This document shows, piece after piece, positions 11,533-24,576 of a stretch of DNA of 64,000 bases. The notes below the pieces were generated by a model. The model did not search any database, was not told where the DNA came from, and saw only the letters and a program-made list of their open reading frames with translations. How positions within the stretch are numbered: the first letter of the stretch is position 1; each line of letters opens with the position of its first letter. The stretch is taken from contig NC_043000.1 in the NCBI RefSeq assembly GCF_006345805.1, positions 16,988,001-17,052,000 on the forward strand, read 5' to 3'. The position numbers and the translations under genes were made by a program. Source of the DNA: Octopus sinensis. Taxonomy: Eukaryota.

Positions 11533-12952
11533 GCAGCTACCATCAGCATCACTACATAGTACACTGCAGCTGCTTCTACAACTATCGCCAAGACATAGTC
11601 CACTGCAGCAACCACCACCACCAAGACATCATTACACAATGCAATGCAAAAAGGGAGCCCCTACGTAGCTATTCGTCCTGCGAAAAATAGCAGCCAAATC
11701 ACCTTCAAGTTATACTTCTCCATTTTAAAAACAGGACAAACATGTCAGATGATACAGTCCTAGAGATGCTACAAGAGACAAGAGAGTCATGGTTGGCCTA
11801 CCTTTGATCACAGGTCTGCTCAGTTTAGGTTAACCAGGAATTAATTAACACAACTACTTCTACCAGCAACACAAAGACATTCCACACATCAACAATCACA
11901 ACCACCATTTTTCTTGCTGGTATGGGTTAGATGGTTTGACTGAAACTGGTAAGCTTGAGAGCTGCACCAGGTTCCAGTCTGTTTTGGCTTGGTTTCTACA
12001 GCTGGATTCCCTTCCTAATACCAACCACTCTACAGAGGGTACTGGGTGTCTTTTACATGTCTTGGAAAAAATCATGGGGAACCATTTTCTGTAAGTGGGC
12101 TTTATGAATCATAGCTCACTACAAAAAAAATTCAAGGTAATTTTCCATGAGGTGTACAGTTCAGAAAATCTTGCAGGCTGCAAGATGTCCATGACTAGTT
12201 TAGATGTTTGTTTTGCAACAACAAGATCTGGGTTCATTCCTACTGCATGTTATCTTGGGTAAATACAATTTTCTAGAGCCCTTTGTTGGCTCATACCTTG
12301 TGTGTGAAAGTGGGTAAATTAAATTGGTAGGAAACCTGTTGGGTAGATTGTAGTTGTAATTCTAAAGGTTGACAACCCTATTGCACTGTGTTGTGCTAAC
12401 TCTACCTCAGTAATTATGTTAAGGGTTTGAAAACAGGTAAATACTTTTTTTAAAGAAATTTACCTTGACAAATTAATGATTTGTAAGCCATGCAAAGAGT
12501 CTTCAGCTGAACCAATCATTTGTTAAGCAACCAACCACTCCTACTGCCAGGTACTCAAATGTTATTTACAATGCTAACTTTTCACTAAAAGGTAGATCAG
12601 TGTAATTCTACAGCAAGAAACTATTAAAAAATAAAGAAATCAACACAAGACATTTGAGGGATGTTTCTATGCAGCTATTTAACCTGTATGAAACAGTAAC
12701 TAAATCTCCCTCAGAACATACCTTGCCATTTTAGAATAGAATACATTGGATTAATGTGGTTTGGGGCACACTGCCTAGCAATAATATGGGATGGTCCTGG
12801 TAGGAACGTTTTTAATTATAGGTTTGCTTGATCAGAAGCAAAAAAAAAAACAAAAAAAAAACACAAGAAACCCTACCCGCCGAAAATCTCAGGATATCAG
12901 AAGCTAAATTACTCAAAAGCAACACTGATAAGTTACCAAACTCTGAACTTAC

Positions 12953-13045
12953 CTTGCATTAAAATAATTCGATGTAGTGAGAAGATTTTGCAATTAAAAT
13001 GACTTACCTATAAGAAAAAGAAAAAAGGAAAATACATTAGAAAAC
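12953..13045 (-). other. Recursive splice site (TAG|GTAAGT at 13008/13007) with 55-nt cryptic RS-exon 12953-13007
   Basis: Minus: ttctaatgtattttccttttttctttttcttatag|GTAAGTC...GCAAG|gtaagt. Branch-like CTAAT, long polypyrimidine tract, juxtaposed 3'/5' sites and a second consensus donor. Confidence 0.7.
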
Positions 13046-13388
13046 TGAAATTACTAGTGTTACGTGTGTTAATATTAATACATTTTCACAATATTCATTT
13101 CACATTTTCGAACTGGAGAAGAAAGACTGATAATATACACAACTTTAGTGTTACATGTAACTAGTTGTTACTTCTAATCTAACTCAGTAGAAATGTTTGT
13201 AGATAGATTCAATGAAAGAATATAATCAAAAATCATTTTCCAATCAGTTCATAAATGAAGGCATATATGGTGAGTTTAACAGTTCAATTATGATATATGC
13301 AATTAAGAAAAGTAGTCAGTTGAAAGAATTTGACCCATATTGCCTGCAATATCATATCCTACCAGATAAATTCTGTTTTTCATTTTAA

Positions 13389-13606
13389 CCCTTTCGTTAC
13401 CAACCCGGCTGAAACCGACTCTGGCTCTTTAGTACAAATGTCTTGTTTTCATAAGTTTTGAATTTAAATCTTCCACCAAACCTTAGTCACAATTTATGTT
13501 CCTAACACTAGCTTAATAACGAAGTTAATTCACTAAATTCTTTGTTATATTTAAAATAATTGAAAGAAACACAGAGCATCTCAAAATAAATACAGTAACG
13601 AAAGGG
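13389..13606 (+). mobile_element. piggyBac-type MITE (family P1)
   Basis: TTAA|CCCTTTCGTTAC...GTAACGAAAGGG|TTAA. Confidence 0.9.
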
Positions 13607-13941
13607 TTAAAGAGCCAAACTAGAGATGAAGAAAAACCTGGAGAGAAATTTATAGATATTAATGTTAAGAATGTGGTGCAAGTGAATCCAAAGTCTCAGT
13701 CTTCAGTGTTAATAATTTATTATTAATAGTGGGAGAGAGTTAACTAGATCAACCCAGTATTTATCTAACAGATACTTTGTTTTATCAATATTAGGAGGAT
13801 AAAGGAAATACCAAAGTCAGGAATGGTAGAACATACACAGTGCAAGAAAAGGAAACAAACTAACATGAGAGGAAATTTCTGTCATTAGACAGACAATAGA
13901 CAGTAGAAACTTAGAAAAATCAAATAAGCAAAAAAATCAAT

Positions 13942-14349
13942 AGGCGCAGGAGTGGCTGTGTGGTAAGTAGCTTGCTAACCAACCACATGGTTCCGGGTTC
14001 AGTCCCACTGCGTGGCATCTTGGGCAAGTGTCTTCTGCTATAGCCCCGGGCCGACCAATGCCTTGTGAGTGGATTTGGTAGACGGAAACTGAAAGAAGCC
14101 TGTCGTATATATGTATATATATATATATAAGTGTGTGTGTATATGTTTGTGTGTCTGTGTTTGTCCCCCTAGCATTGCTTGACAACCGATGCTGGTGTGT
14201 TTACGTCCCCGTCACTTAGCGGTTCGGCAAAAGAGACCGATTGAATAAGTACTGGGCTTACAAAAGAATAAGTCCCGGGGTCGATTTGCTCGACTAAAGG
14301 CGGTGCTCCAGCATGGCCGCAGTCAAATGACTGAAAAGAGTAAAAGAGT
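13942..14349 (+). mobile_element. SINE family A, young
   Basis: Full-length, near consensus. Confidence 0.92.
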
Positions 14350-14693
14350 AATCACTCTGGAAAAATAATCTTACAGAACTGGCTATAGTTATATGATGCT
14401 GGGGTTCGTACTGCCTGTATGGCTCATCTTCATATATGTCAGATCTAATACATAGGTCAAAGAGGCAGCGGACACAAAAACAAGATGTGCTATACATTTT
14501 ATGAAGCCAAAATATGATGATAAGGCCATTTACTTAGCACCATTCATTTGCCCATTGGATCCCTCTAACAAAATGTTGCAATTTTACACAAATAGCCATA
14601 TAGCTCTTCTGCTGCAAGAAACCTGTCCAGCTCCTCCTTTCATGCTTTGATCTCTCATTACCTATCATGGAATTGCCTCCCTCTCTACTTTAA

Positions 14694-14913
14694 CCCTTTC
14701 GTTACTGTATTTATTTTGAGATGTTGTGTGTTTCTTTGAATTACTTTAAATATAACAAAGAATTTAGTAAAATAACTTAGTTATCATTCAGCTAGTGTTA
14801 GGAACATAAATTGTGACTAAGATTTGGTGAAAGATTTTAATTCAAAACTTATAAAAACAAGACATTTGTACTCAGAGCCAGAGCCAGTTTCAGCCGGGTT
14901 GGTAACAAAAGGG
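14694..14913 (-). mobile_element. piggyBac-type MITE P1
   Basis: TTAA-flanked; reverse complement of 13389-13606. Confidence 0.9.
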
Positions 14914-15084
14914 TTAAACCAACTCAATCAAAGAGGGTCTTGGTGTTGCAAGCTACATGGTGACCTTACAAGTGCTGGTGCCATGAAAAAGTTAAAAAGC
15001 ACCCAGTACACTCAGTAAAGTGGTTGGTGTTAGTTAGGAAGAGCATCCAGCTATAGAAGCCATGCCTAAGCAGACAGATATTAG

Positions 15085-15494
15085 GGATCTTTTCGGTTTG
15101 AATGGCAGTTTTTAACATAATTTGTAGGTAACTAAAAAATTTTAAACTTCATATATTGGTAGAATGTGTTTATAAAACATCTTTTTCTCTTGGCTTTATT
15201 GAGAAAATTCTATACTTTGTAAGATATTTGTTGTTTTTTTTCTTCAATTTCTGCAATTTCAACCAATCAATGACGTCTATTGAGTTAAAAAGCATTCTGT
15301 GACGTATGAATATGTCCCTCGTTTAAGAAACAGATTGGGTTTATTTACATTTGTGAAGAAAAAAAGATACCCTTCCCCCATCCCTAACCCTAAAAGAGAT
15401 TGAAATGCAATAGATTGATTCTAGGGTCATAATTATGGTTGACAATTTCATATGACACCGCGAGAAAAAACTGCTGTTCAAAACAAAAAGATCC
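15085..15494 (+). mobile_element. Non-autonomous DNA transposon with GGATC-starting TIRs and 8-bp TSD (Merlin-like)
   Basis: TIR GGATCTTTTCGGTTTGAA; flanks gatattag / gatattgg; second copy at 53047-53446. Confidence 0.75.
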
Positions 15495-15709
15495 GATATT
15501 GGGAGTGTGATGCAGTTCTTGGACTAAATGGATCTTGGCAAACCCTGTAACCCACACCAGCATGGAAGACAGACATTAAGAACAGATGAATGATTTGGGA
15601 TGTTGTGGATAGCAAAACAAGTATGCATCATCATCAAAGTTTTGTTAACTAGCAAGGCTTGAGTTGATCAGAATGTTTGAAAAACTCAGAGGATAAGGTC
15701 AAATTTTTT

Positions 15710-16020
15710 TTACTCCACCAGTTATAACAATGAGGGTGCCAGTTGATCTAATCGATAGAACATCCTCTCGTGAAATTAATGTGTTAGTGGCTGAGCACTC
15801 CACAGATACATGTACTCTTATGTACTTCTCAGAGAGATTCAGTGTGACACAGAATATGACAAGGTGGGCCCTTTGAAATACAGGCACTACTCATTTTTGC
15901 CAGCTGAGTGGAATGGAGCAACATGAAATAAAGTGCCTTGCTCAAGGACACAACATGCTGTGGAGAATTGAACTCACAACCTTACAATTATGAGCCAAAT
16001 ACCCTAACCACTAAGCCATG
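15710..16020 (-). mobile_element. Old SINE family E (CORE-like head) with a B-type tail
   Basis: Contains CCTTGCTCAAGGACAC / CAGCTGAGTGG head modules plus the GTGGCTGAGCACTCCACAG tail shared with B. Confidence 0.65.
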
Positions 16021-16126
16021 CATCTAATATATAAAAAAAAACTGTTACATCAATACATATTTAAAAAAATAGCTTTAAGTGGGTGTGGAATAAATTATGT
16101 ATACAGAAAATATACTGTAAAATAAA

Positions 16127-16513
16127 TCTTTATATATAAAAGTGAAGTTGTGTGTCTGTCTCCTACAATTTAGATTCCTAACTACTCCCACATTTTGCGG
16201 TGCAGTTTAACCAAAACCGGGTATCTTATAGTCGTGATTCATATCGAGCCCTTCTGGGTATTAGCACGCGTCTACGATGAGTCTACGATTTAAAAAAAAT
16301 TTACCATCATTTTTTTCCATTTTAATGCATTTTTTTCGCTATCATATAAGGGAAGTAACTCTTTAAAAATGTCTACGATGAGTCAACGATTTAAAAAAAA
16401 AATTTACCATCATTTGTTTTCCATTTTTAATGCATTTTTTTGGCTATAACTCTAAAAATGCTTATATTGTTATTTCCCTTACAAACCCGAGCAACGCCGG
16501 GCGATACTGCTAG
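16127..16513 (+). mobile_element. Non-autonomous Helitron
   Basis: A|TCTTTATATATAAAAG...CCCGAGCAACGCCGGG hairpin...CTAG|T, no TSD. Confidence 0.9.
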
Positions 16514-16778
16514 TGTATTATATAATGCTTACTGAAATATAATACCTTATTACTATAACACCATTTCACCGACAATATTTTGAAATCTTAAAATTCATTA
16601 ACTGCTATACAAATTTGGTTAATTGCATATATTTCAATTACTGAGGTTATGTAATTAAGAGGAATTAACTAACTATACATATTTATTATAATATTTGCTT
16701 GAACATATGTCTGTAGTGCAGTGCTGTTTACACTATGATGTTTCTATTTTACTTCATATGTTTTCGTTTATTGATATA

Positions 16779-17170
16779 CTCTTTTACTCTTTACTTGTTT
16801 CAGTCAGTTGACTGCGGCCATGCTGGAGCACCGCCTTTTAATCGAGCAACTCGACCCCGGGACTTATTCTTTGTAAGCCCAGTACTTATTCTATCGGTCT
16901 CTTTTGCTGAACCGCTAAGTGACGGGGACGTCAACACACCAGCATCGGTTGTCAAGCAATGCTAGGGGGACAAACACAGACACACAAACACATACATACA
17001 TATATACGACGGGCTTCTTTCAGTTTCCGTCTACCAAATCCACTCACAAGGCTCTGGTCGGCCCAAGGCTATAGTAGAAGACACTTGCCCAAGGTGCCAC
17101 GCAGTGGGACTGAACCCGGAACCATGTGGATGGTAAACAAGCTACTTACCACAAAACCACTCCTGCGTCT
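16779..17170 (-). mobile_element. SINE family A
   Basis: Full-length copy. Confidence 0.9.
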
Positions 17171-17649
17171 ATGTTGTGAATTCCAATATCTTTTATAAAT
17201 GTGTTACGTATTCTAACATCATAATATCAGAATTTGAACTGTGGTCTCTGCCTTGCAAATTTCTGACATCACCATGACTCATCCACTTCCTGATGGTGTC
17301 TGGAATCGTGGAACATGGAGCTTCTAATAATACTTGATTCATTGCTGATGCTGTTGCTGATAATGAAGATTTATTGAGGGCATTTTATGGATGATGATGA
17401 TAATATGCTTATCACTAATATTTTCATTTTACCATATTCTCAAAGCAGTCCAGCTTGTTCTTTATTTGTGCCTTTATCATTAAACTCCTCCACCACCACA
17501 CCATCACTTTATCCAATATTACCAGAGCAAGTTGTCTTTACAATTTTAACATTATAGACATTGTTATTTCAAAGATCTACTCAAAAGATAGTCTTACTAA
17601 GATTATAATAATTTTCTGGTCATTAGAGTATACTCTTCTTTTTTTTTTT

Positions 17650-17849
17650 TTTTTTTTACTTGTTTCAGTCATTCGACTGCGGCCATGCTGGAGCACCGCC
17701 TTTAATCGAGCAACTCGACCCCGGGACTTATTCTTTGTAAGCCCACTACTTATTCTATCGGTCTCTTTTGCCGAGCCGCTAAGATATGGGGACGTAAACA
17801 CACCAGCATCGGTTGTCAAGCAATGTTGGGGGGACAAACACAGAAACAT

Positions 17850-17881
<32 letters not shown>

Positions 17882-18044
17882 GACGGGCTTCTTTCAGTTT
17901 CCGTCTACCAAATCCACTCACAAGGCTTTGGTCAGCCCAAGACTATAGTAGTAAACACTTGCCCAAGGTGCCACGCAGTGGGACTGAACGCGGAACCATG
18001 TGGTTGGTAAACAAGCTACTTACGACACAACCACTCCTGCGCCT
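17650..18044 (-). mobile_element. SINE family A
   Basis: Full-length copy. Confidence 0.9.
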
Positions 18045-18679
18045 GCGTATGTATGTAAAATATTTACATCTACACTATGTTTTAATTTGTTCATATTCCA
18101 ATCATCAGGTGTCTTATGCCTGGATATATATATATATAGAGAGAGAGCTCCAAACTAGAAGGCGACTTAAAACTATAATTTCTAAACTTAAAGTAGTAAA
18201 TTAATGTCATTTTTTTTAAAGATTATTATTTAACTGACTAAATTGATTGCATCTTTACAACCTTTACACCTATTATATGTCTCAATCAGCTCCATATCTA
18301 ATAACTGATCAGATATCAAACTGACTGAAACACTGTAGATGTAGTAAATATTGATAATAAATGCTAAAGATGAAACCACCATACTGGGAAATTACAATGA
18401 TAATAAGACCAATGCTTTGACATTTAACTCTTTTATCTCTTGAACTGAACTGTTTATAAAGGCTACAGATGAAGTCTTGCTTATATAAGGAAGCTAAATA
18501 TACTCTAATGTATGTTGTTTAGTTCCAGGCCTGTCCCAATTGTAAAGAAGACCTATAATCAAAAGTATTTCAGTTGTGAATGTATACTCATTTTTTTTCT
18601 TTTTCAAAGAGCAGTATGTGATATAAAAGATTTGGTTACTATTTCTACATAAAGGATTTCTTGCTAGCTTGACTTTAAA

Positions 18680-18888
18680 CCTTTTGTTACCAACCCCTAT
18701 GGCTTTGTAGTACAAATGTCTTGTTTTTAAAAGTTCTGAATTAAAATCTTCTACCAAACCTTTAGTCACAATTTATGTTCCTAACACTAGCTTAATTATA
18801 ACTAAGTTATTTTACTAAATACTTTGTTATACTTAAAATAATTGAAAGAAACACAGAACATCTGAAAATAAATACAGTAACGAAAGGG
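18680..18888 (+). mobile_element. piggyBac-type MITE P1, diverged
   Basis: Colinear with 13389-13606. Confidence 0.8.
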
Positions 18889-19075
18889 TTGGTTACTTAT
18901 AATAAGGGAACACATTTCTATAAAAGGACATATCTACAAAGCAGACTTTTTAGTTGTTGGTCTGAAGTAAAAGCATTTAAAGTCTTCATGGGCTGTATTA
19001 ATTTAGATGTAAAGTAAAATTAGTGTAGTTAACTCTGAAAATATGAAATCACTGGACGAGAGTGAACCTATATAT

Positions 19076-19304
19076 GTTTCTTTATTACCCACAAGGAACT
19101 AAACATAGAGGGGACAAACAAGGACAGACAAACGGGTTAAGTTGATTACATCGACCCCACTGCGTAACTGGTGCTTAATTTATCGACCCCGAAAGGATGA
19201 AAGGCAAAGTCGACCTCGGCGGAATTCGAACTCAGAACGTAGCAATGGGCAAAATACCGAAGTACTTCGCCCGGCGTGCTAACGTCTCTGCCAGCTCGCC
19301 GCCC
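19076..19304 (-). mobile_element. SINE family C (tRNA-like head, GCCTTTCATCCTTTCGGGGTCGATAAATTAAGTACC core)
   Basis: Reverse complement of the copies at 34447, 42301 and 45337. Confidence 0.9.
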
Positions 19305-19874
19305 TGTGAACCTATATAAGGAGGGTATTTCTAACAAAAGAAATCATGTTATAATCATCATGCCATCACCACCACCACCACCACAAGTATTATTCTCTTA
19401 ACTTTTACTTGTTCAATCACTGGACTGCAGCCACAGTGGGCCACAGCCTAGAGGGGTTTAGTTGAACAAATCAATACTATTACTAATTTTTAAAGAAGGT
19501 TGGTACTTATTCCACTGGGTACTTTTGATGAGCCTCTAAGTTACAGGGATGTGAACAAACTAATACCAGGTGTCGTCAAGAGATGGGGACAGTGTTTTTT
19601 TCCTTACATTAGAACTTGGTCATAAATTTTAGAGTACAAGATAAAGTTCACATAATCAGCCCCTGTAATTGAATGATACCTATTTTATTAAAACCTGAAC
19701 AGATAACACGTCTTTCATGGGATCTGAACTCAGAAAGTGAAGAAATGAGTAAATGCTAATATTATTGCTCCCACTAAAGCAGAGTAGTTGTGATGTTTGC
19801 ATGTTAGACTACTTAACACATCGTCTTGATTTCAAGCCCTTCCTATAGCCATTGTGTTATATTCTTGTGCTCAA

Positions 19875-20012
19875 CAGGTAATGTTCCTGGTGTATATATA
19901 TATATATAGCATGTGTAATGTTCCTGGTGTATATATATATATAGCATGTGTAATGTCCCTGGTGTATATGTGGCATGTGTAATGTTCCTGGTGTATATAT
20001 ATATATATATAT
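19875..20012 (+). repeat. Minisatellite, about 4 units of GTAATGTTCCTGGTG(TA)nGCATGT
   Basis: Direct inspection. Confidence 0.85.
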
Positions 20013-20014
20013 AT

Positions 20015-20245
20015 GGCATGCGTAAAAGATTCGAGCAAGGTCGTTGCCAGTACCGCCTTACTGGCCCCATGCCGGTGGCATGTAAAAGCACCCACTACAC
20101 TCTCAGAGTGGTTGGCGTTAGGAAGGGAATCTAGCTGTAGAAACTCTGCCAGATCAAGATTGAAGCCTGGTTCGCCAGCCCTCAGTCAAATCGTCCAACC
20201 CATGCTAGCATGGAAAGCGGACGTTAAACGATGATGATGATGATA
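20015..20245 (+). mobile_element. Family D element (3' part)
   Basis: D core and (TGA)n tail. Confidence 0.8.
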
Positions 20246-20648
20246 TATATATATATAGAACAAAAAGAAACATTGTTTATGTAGTAGTATTTCGTATTAT
20301 GGGAAGCCTTGTGTCTAAATGGGAAATAATCAAAATGATTATTACTAATAACAGTATTATTACTGTCAACAGAAAGGCGGTGGCGTTAAACTCAGATACA
20401 TAACATTATTTCGTGGCACCCAGATACCACCTGAGACAACACTGGATTCCATTCCCCCCCCGTAGTCAATAATTAACAGTAATAAAACTATGTCCATTCA
20501 CTCGACTATACCCATTAAAACCTATAAATTTTTAACTTGATTCTATTTTATTAATATACATTCGCACACACATTTTAAGTAGCATTTTTGTACCAGCCAA
20601 TATGGAAACATTTATATTCATTGACTTACTCAATTATCCGACCGATGG

Positions 20649-20681
<33 letters not shown>

Positions 20682-20682
20682 C

Positions 20683-21015
20683 GGGCGTGGCTGTGTGGTA
20701 AGAAGCTTGCTTCCCAACCACATGGTTCCGGGTTCACTCCCACTGCATGGTACCTTGAGCAAGTGTCTTCTACTGTAGCTTCGGGCCGACCAAAGCCTTG
20801 TGAGTGGATTTGGTAACCCGTTATATGTGTCTGTGCTAGTCCCTCCGCCATCGCTTGACAACCGATGTTGGTGTGTTTATGTCACAGCATAAGAGCAATC
20901 TAGAATAAGTAAGTACCAAGCTTACAAAGACCAAGTCCTGTGGTCGATTTGTTCGACTAAAGGCAGTGCTCTAGCATGGCCGTAGTCAAATGGCTGAAAC
21001 AAGTAAAAGAATAAA
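20683..21015 (+). mobile_element. SINE family A, diverged
   Basis: Colinear with consensus, with internal deletions. Confidence 0.8.
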
Positions 21016-21018
21016 AGG

Positions 21019-21091
<73 letters not shown>

Positions 21092-21752
21092 TATATATAT
21101 ATGTTGGTGACCTCTGTTCGAAGGTTTATGGACGCAGGTTCGTGCGTCATATAGCTAGCTAGAGGCGATCGCCTCTCGGAGCTAATCAACAGTAGCATTC
21201 GTTCTATTCCTCTGGACTGCCACATCAGTCTGGCGATAAATATATATATATATATGCTCCCACCATTATGAATATGCATAAATCCCCTAAATCTAACTGC
21301 TGCATATACGTATCATATATATTATTCACACAATCATACCTAGGCGATAATTTTGATTGATCCCCCATGAGAAGAACCAATGGCTTACAACTCTTCAAAA
21401 CACGGGAGTATTGTAGCAGCTGATCGATAATTAAATTAAGCGGCATTCATGTAGTGAAAACGTAGAAATACAGGAAAAAGAAAAACGAATTTTAATTAGA
21501 GAAAAAAACAACTTAAAAACATAATACGTAGTTTTTCAAGGAGCTGAAGTGGATTCAAATAAATTAACCGGAAAGTAAAATTGTTCTATATTTTGTGAAA
21601 TAGTAAATTTGTAGAAGGAATTTTGTATGACAGCATCTCTGCTAATTAATTTTTAATTAACATATAAGACGGTTATGTGACAAGGGAGGTAAACGAGGTG
21701 AGGTTAGGGGAGATAATCTCGCTATAAATACTGAATGAATGTTTGGGATATA

Positions 21753-21795
<43 letters not shown>

Positions 21796-22085
21796 AGGGA
21801 GGGAGATACGCGCGCTCGCGCACACACACTTGTATGATGCAATAATAATATTAATGACTTTGAATGCGGAAAGTGACGAGAGGTTGATAATGGCCTGTTA
21901 CAGGTGCATTAACAATTTAACGTACAGTAACTCTGACGGCATATGGAAACCACGTCATTTTTGTGCTATACATACGTGCACCAAACTGGGTAAAGGAAAG
22001 GAGAAGGCGGATCAAACACGCCCCTCACTCACTGGCTTAAACACCATCGCCTGGCCCCCCTCGAGTGCCAGGTTGTGTGGTTTTA

Positions 22086-22442
22086 AAACCTATTTCTTTA
22101 CTACCCACAAGGGGCTAAACATAGAGGGGACAAACAAGGACAGACATAGGTATTAAGTCGATTACATCGACCCCAGTGCGTAACTGGTACTTAATTTATC
22201 AACCCCGAAAGGATGAAAGGCTAAGTCGACCTCGGCGGAATTTGAACTCACAACGTAACGGCAGACGAAATACCTATTTCTTTACTACCCACAAGGGGCT
22301 AAACATAGAGGGGACAAACAAGGACAGACAAAGGGATTAAGTCGATTACATCGACCCCAGTGCGTAACAGGTTCTTAATTTATCGACCCCGAAAGGATGA
22401 AATGCAAAGTCGACCTCGGCGGAATTTGAACTCAGAACGTCG
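22086..22442 (-). mobile_element. Two tandem, 5'-truncated SINE C copies
   Basis: CCTATTTCTTTACTACCCACAAGG restarts at about 22272. Confidence 0.88.
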
Positions 22443-22595
22443 CTGCCATCATTAATGCGAGACAACTGGTTTCCCCACCGCAGCCACGTTTTAATTGCAA
22501 TCACTGACTTAACAGAAGTTCGTGGACACATCAACTGTATTATTTTAGCAGGCACGGAATGTCTGCGAAAATCATGCGACCTGCTCCTTTCTTAC

Positions 22596-22779
22596 CTTTA
22601 GACAGGGGGGGAAAGGGAAAATTTAAATAAATAGAATAGCACAACAGTAAATAAAAAAAAAAAAAAAAAACTATTTTACACACACGGTATTTCTATAGGA
22701 CTAAACTTGGAATTGTGTAGTGTGTAAAATACCGTAGTTTCTTCGGATGTGGATGTTTCAAATATAGCAAATTACGATT
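22596..22779 (-). other. Candidate non-coding (5'UTR-type) exon, 184 nt
   Basis: Acceptor tttttatttatttatttttattcag| and donor AAG|gtaaga; no ATG; unique sequence. Confidence 0.4.
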
Positions 22780-22865
22780 CTGAATAAAAATAAATAAATA
22801 AAAACTAAAAAAAAAAAAAAAAAAAAAAAAAGCGAACTGAAGAGAGATAGGGGCACTCATTTCCC

Positions 22866-23072
22866 TCTGGCAGAACCGTTAGCACGCCGGGCGAAATGCG
22901 TAGCCGTATTTCGTCTGCCGTTAGGTTCTGAGTTCAAATTCCGCCGAGGTCGACTTTGCCTTTCATCCTTTCGGGGTCGATAAATTAAGTACCAGTTACG
23001 CACTGGGGTCGATGTAATCGACTTAATCCCTTTGTCTGTCCTTGTTTAGCCCCTTATGGGTAGTAAAGAAAT
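22866..23072 (+). mobile_element. SINE family C
   Basis: Matches C consensus. Confidence 0.88.
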
Positions 23073-23509
23073 AATAATAATAATAATTATTATTATTATT
23101 ATTTTATTTATTTATTATTTTTGAAAATGTTTTCAAATTTAAAAAGTTACACATGCTTGTGAAGAATCCCAGATGTTTAGAATATAATTCTGAAGCAATT
23201 TTCTAAAGAAAGTAAAAAAATTATGGAAATGAAAGGTTGGCAAAGAAATCTTTATCCATTAAAAAAAAAAAATCTTTTCTACATAATTATAGCATGTGAT
23301 GTGTAAAACACACAACTAAAAAGATTACAGTCTTTGGGGGCACGAGATAATTCCTGGTCTTAAATTATAGGAACACCTATTATATATAACCCTGGCTGTG
23401 TGATTAAGGAGCTCTCTTCCTTCTCAACCATATGGTTTTGGGTTCAATCTCATTGTATGACACTTTAGGCAAGTACCTTTCCTGTTAGATTTGGTAGAAA
23501 CTGAAAGAA

Positions 23510-23552
<43 letters not shown>

Positions 23553-24576
23553 TGTGTGGACTGCAACCTGATGGTTGAAAGCGAGTATCACCATCATACA
23601 TGCGGTGCTATTCATTTCCTGTCTTTTATGAAAATATGTCTTGTCAGAAACAAGTGTTGGTTGGGGACAGGAAAGGCATCAAGCAATAGAAAAAGAGACA
23701 CAAATTAAAAAATAAATACTAAGGTCGATTTGTTCCATTATGTATGTGTGTATCTGTGTTCGCCACCCCACTATTTGACTATCGGTGCTGGTTTGTTTAC
23801 ATCCCTATAACTTAGTAGTTTGGCGTACCAGACTTTAAAAAATAAATACTAGGGAATTTGTCCAACTAAATCCTTTAAGACGGTGCCCTAGCATAGCTGT
23901 TGCAGCCGAATGACTGAAACAAGCCATAGACGAAAGATAATCTATTGAAGCCATCAGAAATCTGATAGCTCTGTCACGGTAGCCTATTTAGAGGGAAATT
24001 TCTGTTGTGTTAACTGCAGTACAAATATTTAAATAATGAAAGTAAGCACAACATGAAATACATTGATTGAAAATAAATAAATAAATACAAAAAGCAGTTG
24101 CATCTGGTACTGTTAAAAAACAAAGATTGTCAGATGTTATAATTGTGCTAGGCTAATAAAGAAACAAGTTTGCTTTGATAATTTGAGATTGTTTAATGGA
24201 TGTTAAAGAAAGTCCCCTTCCATTAGATTGCACTTCATTAATGAAGGACGCAAGCTGGCAGAATCGTTAGCATGCCGGGTGAAATGCCAAGAGGTATTTC
24301 ATTGGTCTTTACGTTCTGAGTTCAGATGCTGTCAGGGTCGACTTTGCCTTTCATCCTTTCGGGGTCGATAAATTAAGTACCAGTTGCATTCTGGGGCCGA
24401 TCTAATTGACTGGTCCTCTCCCTAAAAAAAATTTCGGGCCTTGTGCCTAGAGTAGAAACAAATGAAGGACTTCCTTCTAGTTTATTCTTCAAAGTTGATT
24501 GATTTTTACCTGCTCCCATCATTACTGCAAGGAAGCTATCTACAACCCCAATGAAAAGGGTTCTTGTAGTCCTGGG

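Noticed and set aside
11331-11690. 119-aa Lys/Glu-rich ORFs
   Set aside because: Translations of the (GAA)n repeat; the same holds for the ER/SL-rich ORFs at 1528, 10825 and 54198-54591.
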